Below are positions 12,311 to 24,810 of a stretch of DNA of 64,000 bases, piece after piece (within the stretch, counting starts at the first letter, position 1; each line of letters starts with the position of its first letter). A model generated the notes under the pieces. That model was not told the origin of the DNA, did not search any database, and was given only the letters and a program-made list of their open reading frames with translations. A program made the position numbers and the translations under genes. The DNA comes from Mobula birostris (taxonomy: Eukaryota). The stretch covers positions 42,660,613-42,724,612 of the forward strand of contig NC_092397.1 of NCBI RefSeq assembly GCF_030028105.1, in the 5' to 3' direction.

Positions 12311-12354
12311 ATACGGCTCCGTCTGTGAGGCGGTGGGTGGCTCTTAGAAGAGCC
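12311..12354 (-). terminator. Histone 3' stem-loop and weak downstream element (H4)
   Basis: Minus strand GGCTCTTCTAAGAGCC 12354-12339, ACCCA, then GACGGAGCCGTAT. Confidence 0.9.
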
Positions 12355-12387
12355 TTTGTTTTGTGCTCGGGAGGAAGTGAGAGATTT

Positions 12388-12708
<321 letters not shown>

Positions 12709-12753
12709 TCACTCAGGTCACTGCTCACTGACAAACTGCCTGCTGCTGTCTCC

Positions 12754-12905
12754 TTTTATACACAGCGCCCCGACCTGCCCGAGAAACGCGCAGAGAGACA
12801 GAGGCGGGGAGGGGAGGAGACAGAGTCAGAGTGACGGACAGAGCCGACAGCGGCCTCTCATCGTCCAGCTCCGCCTTCACTTTACAACAACCGCCAATTT
12901 CCAAC
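12754..12905 (-). promoter_or_regulatory. H4 promoter
   Basis: Minus strand TATAAAA 12760-12754, CAGGTCGG (GGTCC-like H4 element), GC box, TTGGCGG at about 12891-12897. Confidence 0.7.
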
Positions 12906-13112
12906 GATTCATCCGACACAAAGCGCTCCAGCGAAAACAAAACTCCCTCACACACCACGTACATACTGGAGGATTTCTGGGAATTTACCGATTCTCCTGC
13001 TTTAAATTATAGGAAGTGTCTGTATGACAAGACAGTCTGAAAAGAACGAGAGCCAATGTCAGGCTAATAATCATGATGGGACCAATGGGCTGAAATGAGT
13101 TTATTTCAACAT

Positions 13113-13643
13113 TAGGTAGATTTACAGCTGTGCCATATTCTTTGCATTTCTGGATGAGTGACTGAACTGTACTCCAAGGGTATTCAGTGACTTGGAAATT
13201 TTCTTCCATCCATCTCCTGACTTGTGCTTTTCAATAAGCTTTTTGCAGAGCTGCTTGGAGTGTTCATTTGTCTTCATGGTGTAGTTTTTACCAGGAGACT
13301 GACTACCAACAGTAGTGTATTTTTACTATAATCAATTGAAACACCTTGACTTCACACTGTGATTTCCATTTAACTGATTATGTAACTCCTAAAACCAATT
13401 GGCTGCACCAGTGATGATTTGGTGTGTCATATTAAAGGGGGTGAATATTTACACAGGCAATTATTTTGTTTTTATATCTGTAATTAATTTACAGCACTTT
13501 GTAGAGATCTGTTTTCACTTTGACACAAGAGTCTTTTTCTGTTGATCAGTAAAAAAAACAAATTTAATCTGCTGTGATTCAATATTGTAAAACAATAAAA
13601 CATGAAAACTTCCAAGGGGCATGAATACTTTTCATCGGCACTT
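13113..13643 (-). mobile_element. Tc1-like transposon fragment (duplicate of 29990-30543)
   Basis: Shares the TIR end gaatacttttcatcggcactt|ta and the same flank as the full element. Confidence 0.85.
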
Positions 13644-14429
13644 TACATGTAGGGACAGTGATGGTGAAAGGGGGAGGGAAAGAAGACATGGGGAGGAGTG
13701 GTCTCAAGATCCTCAGGTTTTCCTCCCGATGGGATAAAGCACAAAAGGGGAAATATCAAAGAGAGATGAGAATGGAACTGTAATTATCATGAGAGATTTA
13801 ATCAGAAGCAAATTAGGGTAGCGCTGCATCAAGTATCTTTGCTCTGTGAGCTGCAACAACCATGATCTGCTGGTGGCAACCCATTCCAATTGAGCTTCCC
13901 ATTCATATACCAACATATTGGTCACTTACAGCTGTCTTAACCGGTGATGGGGCAGTAATGGGACAAGCTCCCACTTCCCACTAAATGCTGCCAATGGTGT
14001 GCACCTGAAATTGCCTCTATCAACCAAATACAGCTCCTGACTTTTACACATGGCTTAGCTACTCAGCCCAACGGAGCTGTTTCTAGTGACAGGGGAAGGT
14101 GCAAATCGGTTTTCTAGCGTCATATAACCAACTGCTAAAGGGCAGATGGGGCTTGTCAGCCATACTTGGCAGTTCATCTAGTGGAAAGAAAACCCTGATC
14201 TCAAACCTGGACGCTGCTGTTCACCCTCAGTCTGTGGTCTGGAGATCTCCCACATTGTGATCACTTCTTCAGGGATCCTTCACCACAAGATCTCTCTGTA
14301 CTCCCACCTCATTACACAGATTACATCTGAAGTGGCCTGTTCATGGGTAAGGTACTGCTGTAAGAAACCATCTCTGACCATTCCACAAATTCCTCTTCCA
14401 CTGTACCAGTTTGATTAGTTTAATCAATA

Positions 14430-14925
14430 CACAGACTGAAGCAAACACGCACAAAATGCTGGAGGAACTCAGCAAACAGTCGACATTTCGGGCTGAGAAA
14501 GAAAGGGACAAAAGCCAGAATAAGGTGGTGGAGGAGGGCAGGAGGACAAGTGAGGGGTGGGGAACGTGTGGTTTGTGGAGGGATGATGATGTGAGGAGCT
14601 GGGTGACAGGCAGAAAAGGCAAAGAGATGAGGAGAAAGAAATCTAATAGGAGAGAACATTGGACCATGGGATGACACGGAGGTGGTGGAGAACCGGAGAG
14701 AGTTGATGGGCAGGTCATGAGGGTGTGTGACGAGGGGTGAAGGGGTTAAACGGCATCAGAATGGGGGAAAAGAAGTGGGGGTGAGGGAAACAGAGTGTAG
14801 TGATATCCGGAATTTGTAGAAATCAATGTTCATTCTATCAAGATTGAAGTCAGAATATGAGGTGTTGTTCGGCTAACCTATATTTGGCCTCGTCGTAGCA
14901 GTAGAGGAGGCCATGTGCAAACATG
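14430..14925 (-). mobile_element. Penelope-like element 3' fragment
   Basis: Half hammerhead (cagtcgacatttcgggctgag) and GIY-YIG tail remnant (EQHLIF) at 14820-14920. Confidence 0.6.
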
Positions 14926-14992
14926 TTGGTGATGGCTCTCTGCTGGTCAGGGTCGACCATGGATATTGCACCCTAGCTGTGGAAGTTGATGT

Positions 14993-15105
14993 GCAAGCCA
15001 GGGAAGTACGATACGTAAAGCAAGTCAGGGACGTACGAAACATAAAGCAAGTCAGGGACGTACGAAACGTAAAGCAAGTCAGGGACGTACGAAACGTAAA
15101 GCAAG
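14993..15105 (+). repeat. 27-bp minisatellite, about 4 copies
   Basis: Unit gcaagtcagggacgtacgaaacgtaaa. Confidence 0.95.
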
Positions 15106-16199
15106 CAGTTGCCCATGCAGGAGCTGATGAAGACCGATGGAGTCAAGCACCAGCGGTGTTGCAGGATTGCCAGTCTGCACTGAACATCAGACCAACATGG
15201 AATTAGTGTTCACAGTGGGGACACAGAAAACATCCCACAGATATCTGATGGTGACATTTCAATATTGTGCCATAATGTGTAACAACCGCCATCTCGAGGG
15301 AGAAACTAATGGGACTAAAAGCAAACATTACCAGGTCCCAACAACCTGCACTAAAGTCTGGAGTGAAAGTGGAGGCATTGAAGTCTGTCAAAACTCACTG
15401 TTACAGAAAGGTCCCCGTGGAGTTGAAAACCATTGTTGAAGAAGGGTGGAAGATGAAAAGCAGGTAACTGTAGTCCTGTTAACTTCACTTCACGTATTGG
15501 AGTCAATAATCTATCAAGAAATAGCAAATCATATAGAGAAGTTTAATGTCATTGAACTAAGTCACCAGGGTTTACAGTCAGATTCACACAGCGCAGAAAC
15601 AAGACCTTCAGCTCAAATGGTCCACGATGACCAAAGTTTCCATCTGAGCTCGTGGTCTGTAACCCCCTCACCACCACCAACTGGAAAAGTTGCCCTTCAG
15701 GTTCCTATTAAATCTCATCTTAAACCAATGCCCTCCAGTTCTTGATTCCCCAACACTGGCAAAATGATTGTTATCTTTGACCCAACCCAGGCCCCTTATA
15801 ATTTTATACACCTCTGCAATATCATTACTCATTCTTCAATATTCCAGGGAAAATTGACCAAAACGCTTTCCATAAATCAGTCCTTCAAGATCCAGTAACA
15901 TCCTCGTAAATCTCCTCTGCTCTCTTTCCAGCATAATGATGTCTGTCAAACAGCAGGGTCACTAAAACTAAACACTATTTGCGAAATGCGGCCAAACCAA
16001 CGTGTTGGACAACTGCAACATCTCATCCCAGCTTCTATATTCGGTGCCCTGACTGAAGGCCAGTGTTCCAAAAGCCTCTTCAGCACCCTGTCTATCTGGA
16101 ACCTGGTCTCGGACCCTGTAACCTGGGTTGCTGAATGTTAAGTCATGTTTGACAAACATACCAGAGATTTGAGACTTTACAGGGGAAACTGGAGAAGTT

Positions 16200-16535
16200 G
16201 GATATACCTCTTGCCCATCCTCTGGGTCCCCCCCCCACTTGTCTTTCTTCCCGGACCTCCTGTCCCATGATCCTCTCGTGTGCCTTTTGCCAATCACCTG
16301 TCCAGCTCTTGGCTCCATCCCTCCCCCTCCTGTCTTCTCCTATCATTTTGGATCTCCCCCTCCAACTTTCAGATCTCTTACTCACTCTTCCTTCAGTTAG
16401 TCCTGACGAAGGGTCTCGGCCTGAAACGTCGACTGCACCTCTTCCTAGAGATGCTGCCTGGCCTGCTGCGTTCACCAGCAACTTTGATGTGTGTTGCTTG
16501 AATTTCCAGCATCTGCAGAATTCCTGTTGTTTTTG
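16200..16535 (+). mobile_element. Penelope-like pLTR/3' UTR fragment
   Basis: Pyrimidine-rich UTR, hammerhead, and the GATGCTGCCTGGCCTGCTG...CAGCATCTGCAG terminus shared with GIY-YIG-linked copies. Confidence 0.7.
16398..16435 (+). ncRNA. Minimal type-I hammerhead ribozyme motif
   Basis: TAGTC-CTGACGA-AGGGTCTCGGCCT-GAAA-CGTC-GACTG: stem I TAGTC/GACTG, intact core, GUC triplet, palindromic ACGT stem III. Confidence 0.75.
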
Positions 16536-17121
16536 TTTCTGTTTGTATTGTGTGCTTTAGTAAGTCTGTGGGAGATACCCAGAATGTGAAGCTGTACTAA
16601 TGGAGAGAGACAAACTGAGCCAAGCCACAGCTTGATGGGCAGAGAGGAAAACAGAGAATTTGATGTTGTGTCCTTATGCCTGAACTATGCCCAGTTAGAA
16701 GTGTTGTTCCTCCGGACAGTGTTCAGCCTCACTGTAACAGTGTGACATCAGACATCAACATGAAAACTAAAATAATCTCACTGAGATATATTCTCTTTCA
16801 CCTGTTGATCTTCTTTGCAAACATTTTACAGGGCAGAAAAGGCAAAGAATTTCTGTCTGAGAACCACAAACGCAACAGCGTGTCACTTCTGCTGTGTCTG
16901 TCAGTTCCCCAGCATTTGAATGCTACCAATCACTGAATATGAAGGGGGAGATGGTTGAGAAGACAGCACACCAGTGTTTCCAAGCAGAGTCCCAGTACTT
17001 TGTGTGCGTTACTTTATAGTTTATTCCCAGCATCTGCTGAACCTCGAGTTTCATATCTGCATTTCTAAATGAGTGGTACTTTGACAGTTGTCATACAAAA
17101 TGCCTGTTGACATTGAATAAT

Positions 17122-17650
17122 AAACAGGAGAAAATCTGCAGATGCTGGAAATCCAAGGAACACACACAACATGCTGGAGAGACTCCGCAGGCCAGGCAGC
17201 ATCTGTGGATAACAGTACAGCTGACGTTTTGGGTCCAGTTTCTTCAGCAGGACTGGAGAAAAAAAAATGAGGAGTAAATTTTAAAGGTGGGGAGGGGAGA
17301 GAGAAACACAAAGTGACAGGTGGAACTGGGAGGGGGAGAGATGAAGTAAAGAGCTGGGAAGTTGATCGGTGAAAGAGATACAGGGCTGGAGAAGGGGGAA
17401 TCTGACAGGAGAGAACAGAAGGCCATGGATGAAAGAAAAGGTGGGAAGAACAACAGAGAGAGGCGATGGGCAGGCAACGAGAGGGAAAGGGGGATTGGGA
17501 ATGATGAGCAAGGAGAGGCATGACTGGAAGATCAAGAAGTCGATGTTAATGCCATCAGATTGGAGGCTGCCCAGACAGAATACAAGGTGTTGTTCCTCCT
17601 ACCTGAGTGTGGCCTCATTGTGACAGTATAGGAGGCCATGGATTGACATC
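17122..17650 (-). mobile_element. Penelope-like element 3' fragment
   Basis: Minus strand MSIHGLLYCHNEATLR*EEQHLVFCLGSLQSDGINIDF (GIY-YIG C-terminus); decayed hammerhead 17218-17255. Confidence 0.75.
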
Positions 17651-17689
17651 TCCATTGAGTATATTGTTTGTGGAAGCTTGTTGTGTTCA

Positions 17690-19495
17690 AGTAGCTGCTG
17701 AGTTTTCTGCATAAAATCATTGACTGATTTTGAAACATGTGGCATGGAACCAGCACTTGCCCCTCAAATTAATCCAGTATGTTAACAACAGCACATCACC
17801 TCCCTTTTCCAGAATATAATTCAACCACACTATTACCATACATTCTGTAAGTTTACACAAATGGGACGTCAGTGATATTGGTCTATATCTAGGAGGATCC
17901 AACAGGGGTTTCCCAGGTTTTAGAATAGACACTACAATTGCCATTTTCCATGAGGAGGGAAGATGGCCTGAACTCCAATTATAATTCGGAAATGTAATAT
18001 TATCTCTAAAGAGTTGTTGACCATATGTTTAAACATGCAATAATATGCATCATCCTTTCCTGGAGCCGTCTGACCTGTACTATAAATAACTTTCTTAAAT
18101 TCACACAAAGAAACTCTACATCACTAATACTATCATTGCTACAGCTGGTTTCCAACACATTAAGGTATTCTTGTAAAACCTTATCGCTACATTGTTTAGT
18201 CTCTCTACCTATTTTGATTATGAATTGCAGCAAATGACCGAGCCAGGACCCAACCGTCTCTCTTTCAAGAACAATTGTATCACCTTCTTTAATCAATATT
18301 CGGAACCCTATGAATCCCACACCCCCATTTTCTTAGTCATTCCCCAAACATCTTCAAGTTTAATAGTCCTTCCAATACTTTCACAATATGACCTCCAGTA
18401 ATTGTTTTTCACAAGCTTCATTACTTTCCTCACCACGGCCTGTGACCTGTTACACTTAATATGATCAGGCGGGGAGTGATACTTCGTAACTTTCGGAAAT
18501 GCCACGTTTCTCTCAGTAACTGTCTCTGCACACTCCTCCGTCCACCATGGTACAGCTTTTCTCCCACTAATGCACTTTTTAAATTGAATCTCTGCCACCA
18601 CTATTTGATGAATAATGTGACAACGTTTCTTTGCAGGAATCCACATCATCCTCACCATTCAGCCCAGACAGACGCTCAGCACATAAAACATTCGAACTTC
18701 TCCCAATATGCTTTACCAGAGTTCCACCTCCTAAAAGTGGCCTCATGCCCCCTATATAAATCCAAACCCAAGCTTATAAACATAGGAAAATGATCACTCC
18801 GCAATGCTTCATCTCCCATGACATCCCATTACTCACTCCAATGTTCAAAACTAAAGTTAAGTTTACAGCATTTTCAGAACTATTATGAACATTAAATCTC
18901 GTACCTCTCCGACCATAAAGACTAACAGGATATGAAATATCTGATACTCTTCTATAAACAAAACATCACCAATCTGAGAACAACCCCACAGTGAACTAAC
19001 TATGTGTTAAAATCCCCACACCATGCAACCCTAGTGAGCTAGAGCTACATATGCTCTCCAGCAAATCAATCGGAAGCTTTCCACGATGGTTATAAAAACA
19101 CACAAACAGGAGGAAATATGCAGATGCTGGAATTTCAAGCAACACGCATAAAAGTTGCTGGTGAACGCAGCAGGCCAGGCAGCATCTCTAGGAAGAGGTC
19201 CAGTCGACGTTAGAATAATATACCGCTTTATTGCCCCTACCTGTGGAATCAAATGTGTCTTCAAATGCCTCATACATTTCATTTACATCCACAACTCTAT
19301 GCCCTCGCCCTCTCATTAAAAAACTTGCACCACCACCTCCTCTACCAATTAATCTATCACGCTTAATTACAATATAACACTGGAAGGAAGAACTTAAATG
19401 CGATAACGATCAGGTTTCCTGAATACATATAACATCACATAGATTTGATAAATCAGAAATAAAAGAAGTTTTTACCATTGGAAATCAGGCTTCTG
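17690..19495 (-). mobile_element. Degenerate I/Nimb-like LINE ORF2 (APE endonuclease to start of RT), interrupted by a Penelope piece at about 19095-19212
   Basis: RSLISNGK...DVICIQET, SDHFP, AVPWWTEEC, YRPISLTSHLCK; clade assignment is approximate. Confidence 0.7.
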
Positions 19496-19499
19496 GAAA

Positions 19500-19925
19500 T
19501 CGCCCTACTGATACAGGCGGGGGATGCGGAATGTAGTGGGGCGTTTATAATTGGTGAAACAGTGCCTGCTCTGATTGGAAAGAGCAAATATTCCAATCAC
19601 AGAGCTGCCTTATTCACCAATCAAGAGACAGCAACTGTAGAAGCGCGGAAAATACCGACTAACCGCCGAAATAAACTGAAATTTGCAAAACACCGCCAAA
19701 AAAGCCTTTGTTGCTGAAATTAAACCACAACAGGTTTGTTTGTCGGCTCTTTACCCCCGTTACTGGAGTCCGACGCACTTAAACAAAGTGTAGTTAATAT
19801 TGCGATGGTGTCTGGGACATTAGTTCACCGATATCTTTCAATTGATAAACGATTGGAATAAAACCGATTCTCAGCTGCTGTTCGCGGTCGGTCATTGTGT
19901 AAACTCAAGTCAGTTTAGCAACGGG
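19500..19925 (-). pseudogene. Orphan H2A promoter and H2B-H2A spacer copy; H2A CDS absent
   Basis: Reverse complement aligns with 5835-6250 (gtttacacaatgaccg, cccagacac, cagtaacggggg, ttttggcgg, ttccgcgcttctac, ctcttgattggtga). Confidence 0.8.
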
Positions 19926-20287
19926 TCGCCCGTCAGAAAGTGGAGCTTTAACAAATACTCTGAACGACCCGTGACAGTGTTCAGATCTCGCGTTGGAATG
20001 GGGTTAAGAGAAGTAACCAAAATGCGACAAAGCTTAATGAACCCACGGTAATTAAACCAAAAACAACAATTAGCGTCCACGTCAGAGAAATCTGATGACC
20101 GAGAGGAAGCGACGGGGAAAGGGGTGCGTAACGATTCCGTGTCTGTGCAGTTGGCAGGAATTAACAGAGAAATCGGGATTATACTGAGCAGCGGACAGCA
20201 AGTTCTGATTAACGGGGATAAGATTTTGAATGAGCTCATCAACAAAAATAATCCAAATCTATCTCAATTCCATGTCTCAACACTGTG

Positions 20288-20328
20288 TAACTCTTTTAAT
20301 GAAGCCGTGAGTGGCTCTTAAAAGAGCC
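20288..20328 (-). terminator. Histone 3' stem-loop and downstream element (second H2B)
   Basis: Minus strand GGCTCTTTTAAGAGCC 20328-20313; AAAAGAGTTA. Confidence 0.95.
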
Positions 20329-20365
20329 TTTGATTTTCCGGTTTGTTTTGTCAGTAAACTTGTCT

Positions 20366-20740
20366 TCACTTGGAGCTGGTGTACTTGGTCACCGCCTTTG
20401 TCCCTTCGGACACGGCGTGCTTGGCCAGCTCCCCGGGCAGCAGCAGGCGCACGGCGGTCTGGATCTCCCGGGAGCTGATGGTGGACCGCTTGTTGTAATG
20501 GGCCAGGCGGGAAGCCTCGCCCGCGATGCGCTCGAAAATATCGTTGACGAATGAATTCATGATACTCATGGCCTTGGAGGAGATGCCAGTGTCGGGGTGA
20601 ACCTGCTTCATCACTTTGTAGATGTAGATGGCGTAAGTCTCCTTCCTCGACCTCTTGCGCTTCTTGCCAGTCTTGCTCGCTGGTTTGGACAAAGCTTTCT
20701 TGGCGCCCTTCTTGGGAGCGGGTTTCGCTGGATCAGGCAT
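20366..20740 (-). CDS. H2B: Replication-dependent histone H2B, second copy (124 aa)
   Basis: [12 protein letters not shown]...KYTSSK; ATG at 20740. Confidence 0.99.
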   Translation of the reverse strand: MPDPAKPAPKKGAKKALSKPASKTGKKRKRSRKETYAIYIYKVMKQVHPDTGISSKAMSIMNSFVNDIFERIAGEASRLAHYNKRSTISSREIQTAVRLLLPGELAKHAVSEGTKAVTKYTSSK

Positions 20741-20791
20741 TTCCTGGTCGGTTTCAAACACAATAATGAGCAGAAGTTGTCCGAGCGCGGA

Positions 20792-20920
20792 TTAAATAGG
20801 CAGCGCCCAAAGCGGTATGTTAATGAGGATGGGAATTCTGAGCATTTCCATTGGCTGTTTGGAGAAATGAATCACCAATCGGAACGCTGGGGGATGGGAA
20901 GCGGCGCCAATGGGCGGGGT
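20792..20920 (-). promoter_or_regulatory. Second H2B promoter
   Basis: Minus strand CTCATTAACATAC...GGGCGCTGCCTATTTAAT, CCAAT boxes, GC box. Confidence 0.7.
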
Positions 20921-22748
20921 TACCGCTGTCGTTTAATGCGGGAGGAAGTACTGAAGGGCAGAGACAGGCCGGGGTGCGGGCTGAAATTGAAAAGGGAAAC
21001 GCAAATTTCAAAAGCAGAATGAAAACAAAAACAGATGAAATATTGTAAAATTAAACACTAAGACGTTTAGTTCATGACACAGGGCAGCATGAGAGTGAAG
21101 TAGAGATTTCGACATTTCAATATAAAGTTCAAATCGAGTTTATTTATGCACAGGTGAAAGGAACAACGTATTTGCAGCAGCATCACAGACACATTGCATC
21201 AGAGACACAACACTGACAAGAAACACTGAAATTAAATATGAATTATACCAAAATATTCAAAGAGACAGAAGCCTATCAGAACAAAATCAAAATAACAAAG
21301 AGATTATGCGGGCAGTGGGAGAATCATCCCTCTTGTGCTTCTTCATCTCGTCACTCCAGATTCAGTGTCACACAACGCTGCCACTTTGATCTGGCCCATG
21401 CCTTCATTAACCAGGTCCAACACTTGCCTTTATTGGATCTTCCTCCTTCTTACACTGGTCATCGGGTTTGTGGGGGTGTGCCCAGGGTTAATTGGGGTGT
21501 GTGCCCCCTTGGATCTCAGGATTAGGTTTGAGGGTAGGGCTGGTGGATGTGTATGCGGGGCTGGGAGAGATAAGGCTGTAGAGTTTAGTAGGGTGAGATA
21601 TGTGGGGCTATGGTGGATAGGGTAGTGTAGTGTAGCCACTTCAATCTGGCCCATTCCTTTCACTAATGTGGCCTGACACTACTTGGCTTAATGAACTGGG
21701 TGTGCAAAGGGACACATCATTAGTAATACTATTTAGGGTCATTGGGTGTTTTGGGTCTTCAATCATGAGACATCCTCACCCAGGCAACCCAGCCAGGGTT
21801 TATCCCATGGACCAACATAACGAGAGGCATGTAATTCTGCATGTTGTGGGTATTTTGGACCTTGTTACTTGGCTTTAAATTTGATCATTTGGGTAATAGA
21901 ATGTTCTGAGGCCAAGTTATCAGGCTTTACCCCCAAGTAAGGTTCAACTTCCCTACTTTAAATTTACACCTGTCTTTATTTTGCATTTGTGTGCCTGGGA
22001 CTGTGTGGATAAACAGTGTTTACTGCAGTACAAAGTAGTAATTAGGGTTGTGCAGATTGGTCCATAATTCCAAAATGCAAACATCTCTGAAATCCAAGAT
22101 TTTTTGTGCTGACATGACATCACAAATGGAGAATTTTACTCACGATTAAATTGCTCGTCTACTGAAGAGAGTTTCACGGCTCTGGGCCTCTATTCACTGG
22201 AACTTAGCAGAAAGAAGGGTTACCAAATTGAAACCTATCAAATAGTGAAAGGGCTTGATTGAGTGAATGTGGAGAGGGTTTTAACTGTGATGGGAGTGTC
22301 TAAAACTGGACCACACAGCTTCAAAATAGAGGGGCATCCTTTTAGAATGTAGAGAAGGAGGAATTTCTTCAGCCAGAGAGTGGTGAATCTGTGATTTTTT
22401 TTGCCACAGGCAGCTGTGGAGGCCAAATCACTCAGTATAGACAGAGATTGATAGATTCTTGATTAATCAGGGCACAAAGGGATACAAAGGAAGGCAGAAG
22501 ATTGGGGCTCAGAGGGAAAATTGATCAGTGATGATGAAATGCCAGAGAAGGCTCGACAGGCAAAGTGGCCGAATTCTGCTCCTATATCTTATGACTAAAA
22601 CTCTCCCAGAGAGCGTTGATCTCAGCTTTGACTCAACCCAGCACCTGAGGCTCCACATTACTTATATAAGGAATACAGAAGGTCTTTGTTCTTTGATTAA
22701 AGAAATATCATCTCATTTCCATCCTGAATGTTTGTCACCTCATTCTGA

Positions 22749-22975
22749 GCAACAGACACAAAATGCTGGAGGAAGTCAGCAGGCCAGGCAGCATCAATGG
22801 GAAAGGGAATGAGTCGATGCTTCAGGCTGAGCACCTTCACGCTGAGATCTGATGGAAGGGTCTCGGCCTGAAGTGTCGACTGTTTACTCTTTCTGTTCTG
22901 CTGAGTTCCTCCAGCACTTTCTGTGTGTTGCTTTCGATTTCCAGCATCAGCAGATTCTCTCGTGTTTGTGATTTA
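22749..22975. mobile_element. Palindromic Penelope-derived element with two opposed hammerhead remnants
   Basis: Inverted arms 22749-22838 and 22849-22931. Confidence 0.65.
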
Positions 22976-24644
22976 CACCTCTCTGAGGGTATTTTCCTCA
23001 GTTATGGAGTTCTCATTCAGGGGAAACATTCTCCTTGCCACCTGCCTGTCACATCCTGAAAGAATCTAACAGATTTCCTCATTTTCTCATTAACTGCAGG
23101 GAATGCAGACCCAACCCACTCACTCTCCTCTTACATAACCAACCTTCCATCCCTGGAACCAGCCCAGTCGGCGTGGGAAACAGTCACTGCACACTCTCTA
23201 TTGCAGGGATATCCTTCCTGAGGAAGTGTGACCAAACCTGGACACTATATTCAAGATGTGCTCTCACCAGGGCCCTATACAATCCCAGTGAGACGTCTGT
23301 ACCCTCTTCTCCACTCCTCCTGGATCACAGGACAAAATACTGTTTCCCTATCTCATTACTTGTTGTATCTGCATGTTAACTCAAGTGATCTGTTTACAAG
23401 AACGCCCAGGTCCCTCTGAACATCCCCGTGTGGAAATGACTCTTATAGTTTTTTCCTGGGAATGGGTGATCTCACATTTCCCCACATTCTGTTCCATCTG
23501 CAACATCCTTAACCATTCACTCTCCTCTCTACATCCCCCAAACCTTCTCACTACTGACACTATCCCTCCCGCTCTGCAGGAGTCACTGAGTTATGCAGCA
23601 CAGAAACAGGCCCTTCAGCCCAGTATATCCATGCTGACCAAGTGGCCTAACAAAACCATTGTCAGTTACCTGCATTTGGCCCAGGTCCCTGTGAAACTTC
23701 CCTCTCCACAGTCCAAGAGATATTGCAACTGTGCCCACCTATACCACCACTTGGGGTAGTTTGTACAATGTAAACAGCACATTCTGTGTACAAAACCTGT
23801 TCCTCAAGGTCCCATTTAAATCTTTCCTCTCTCACTTTATATCTGTAATCTCTCACTTCCAACTCCATAACCCTGGAGATAACAGATTCACTATTGACCA
23901 TATCAATGTCTGCCATTATTTTATCAGGCTCTCTGATGTCACATACACTCTGGTGAGAAAGGTCCTGGCCTATCCAGCCTCCTGTTAAATCCCTTTTGCA
24001 CCCTCCCCAGTTTAATGTCACCCTCTGATCCCAGGGCAACTATAACTGTACTCCGTGCTCCGAGAGTAGTTTCCCCGAGGCTGGTAGAGCTGTAATGTGA
24101 CGTCACAGCCCAGTGCCCGATGCTCTGACCGATGAATGCGAGTGTGGCGAACAGCTTCTTCACCGTCCTGCCTAGCTGTGTTTGCACTCTGAAGGAATTC
24201 GATATCTGCACCCCAATATCTCTGTTTTACAGCACACCCAGGGACAGACCACTCCCCACGGCAGTTCTGCCCTGGTTCGTCAATGACAATGGAACATCTC
24301 ACATTTATCTGTCATTCCTCAAATCAGTGACCTCATTGATCACCGTCCTGTTGTAATGTTAGTTACATTGTTTCGCACTCAACGATATCACCAACTTTAG
24401 TGACATCGGTAAATTTGCTGAGCTGGTCATTGACATTGTCAACCGAGTCTTTAATAAATGAACTGCAGCAGCAGACTTGACTCGAATCCCGGTGCCACAC
24501 TATTGATCACAGGGCTGCAGTCTAAACAACGACTTTGTCTCCCACCACCAGGCCGATAATGTATCCAGTGCCCTGGATCACGTGATCTCTCCTTCCAGAC
24601 ACGAGTCCCACCAGTCTGAAGCTCCCGGGCTTTTCCTTGCAGCG

Positions 24645-24745
24645 ACACACACACAATGCTGGAGGAACTGAGCAGGCCAGGCAGCGAGTAAACAGCCGGC
24701 GTTTCGGGCCGAGACCCTTCATCAGCATCTGCAGTTTCCTGTATT
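24645..24745 (-). mobile_element. Penelope-derived fragment with hammerhead motif
   Basis: Minus strand CTGATGAAGGGTCTCGGCCCGAAACGCC (cleavage triplet mutated to GCC). Confidence 0.65.
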
Positions 24746-24810
24746 TAGTTTTCCTTCGATTGTAAGTTACTGGATAACATGACCCATCCTCCAATCCTCT
24801 GCCACTTCTC

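Noticed and set aside
21379-21672. Imperfect ~35-bp direct repeat (gccactt..atctggcccat) about 255 bp apart
   Set aside because: Only two degenerate copies; no element boundaries could be supported.
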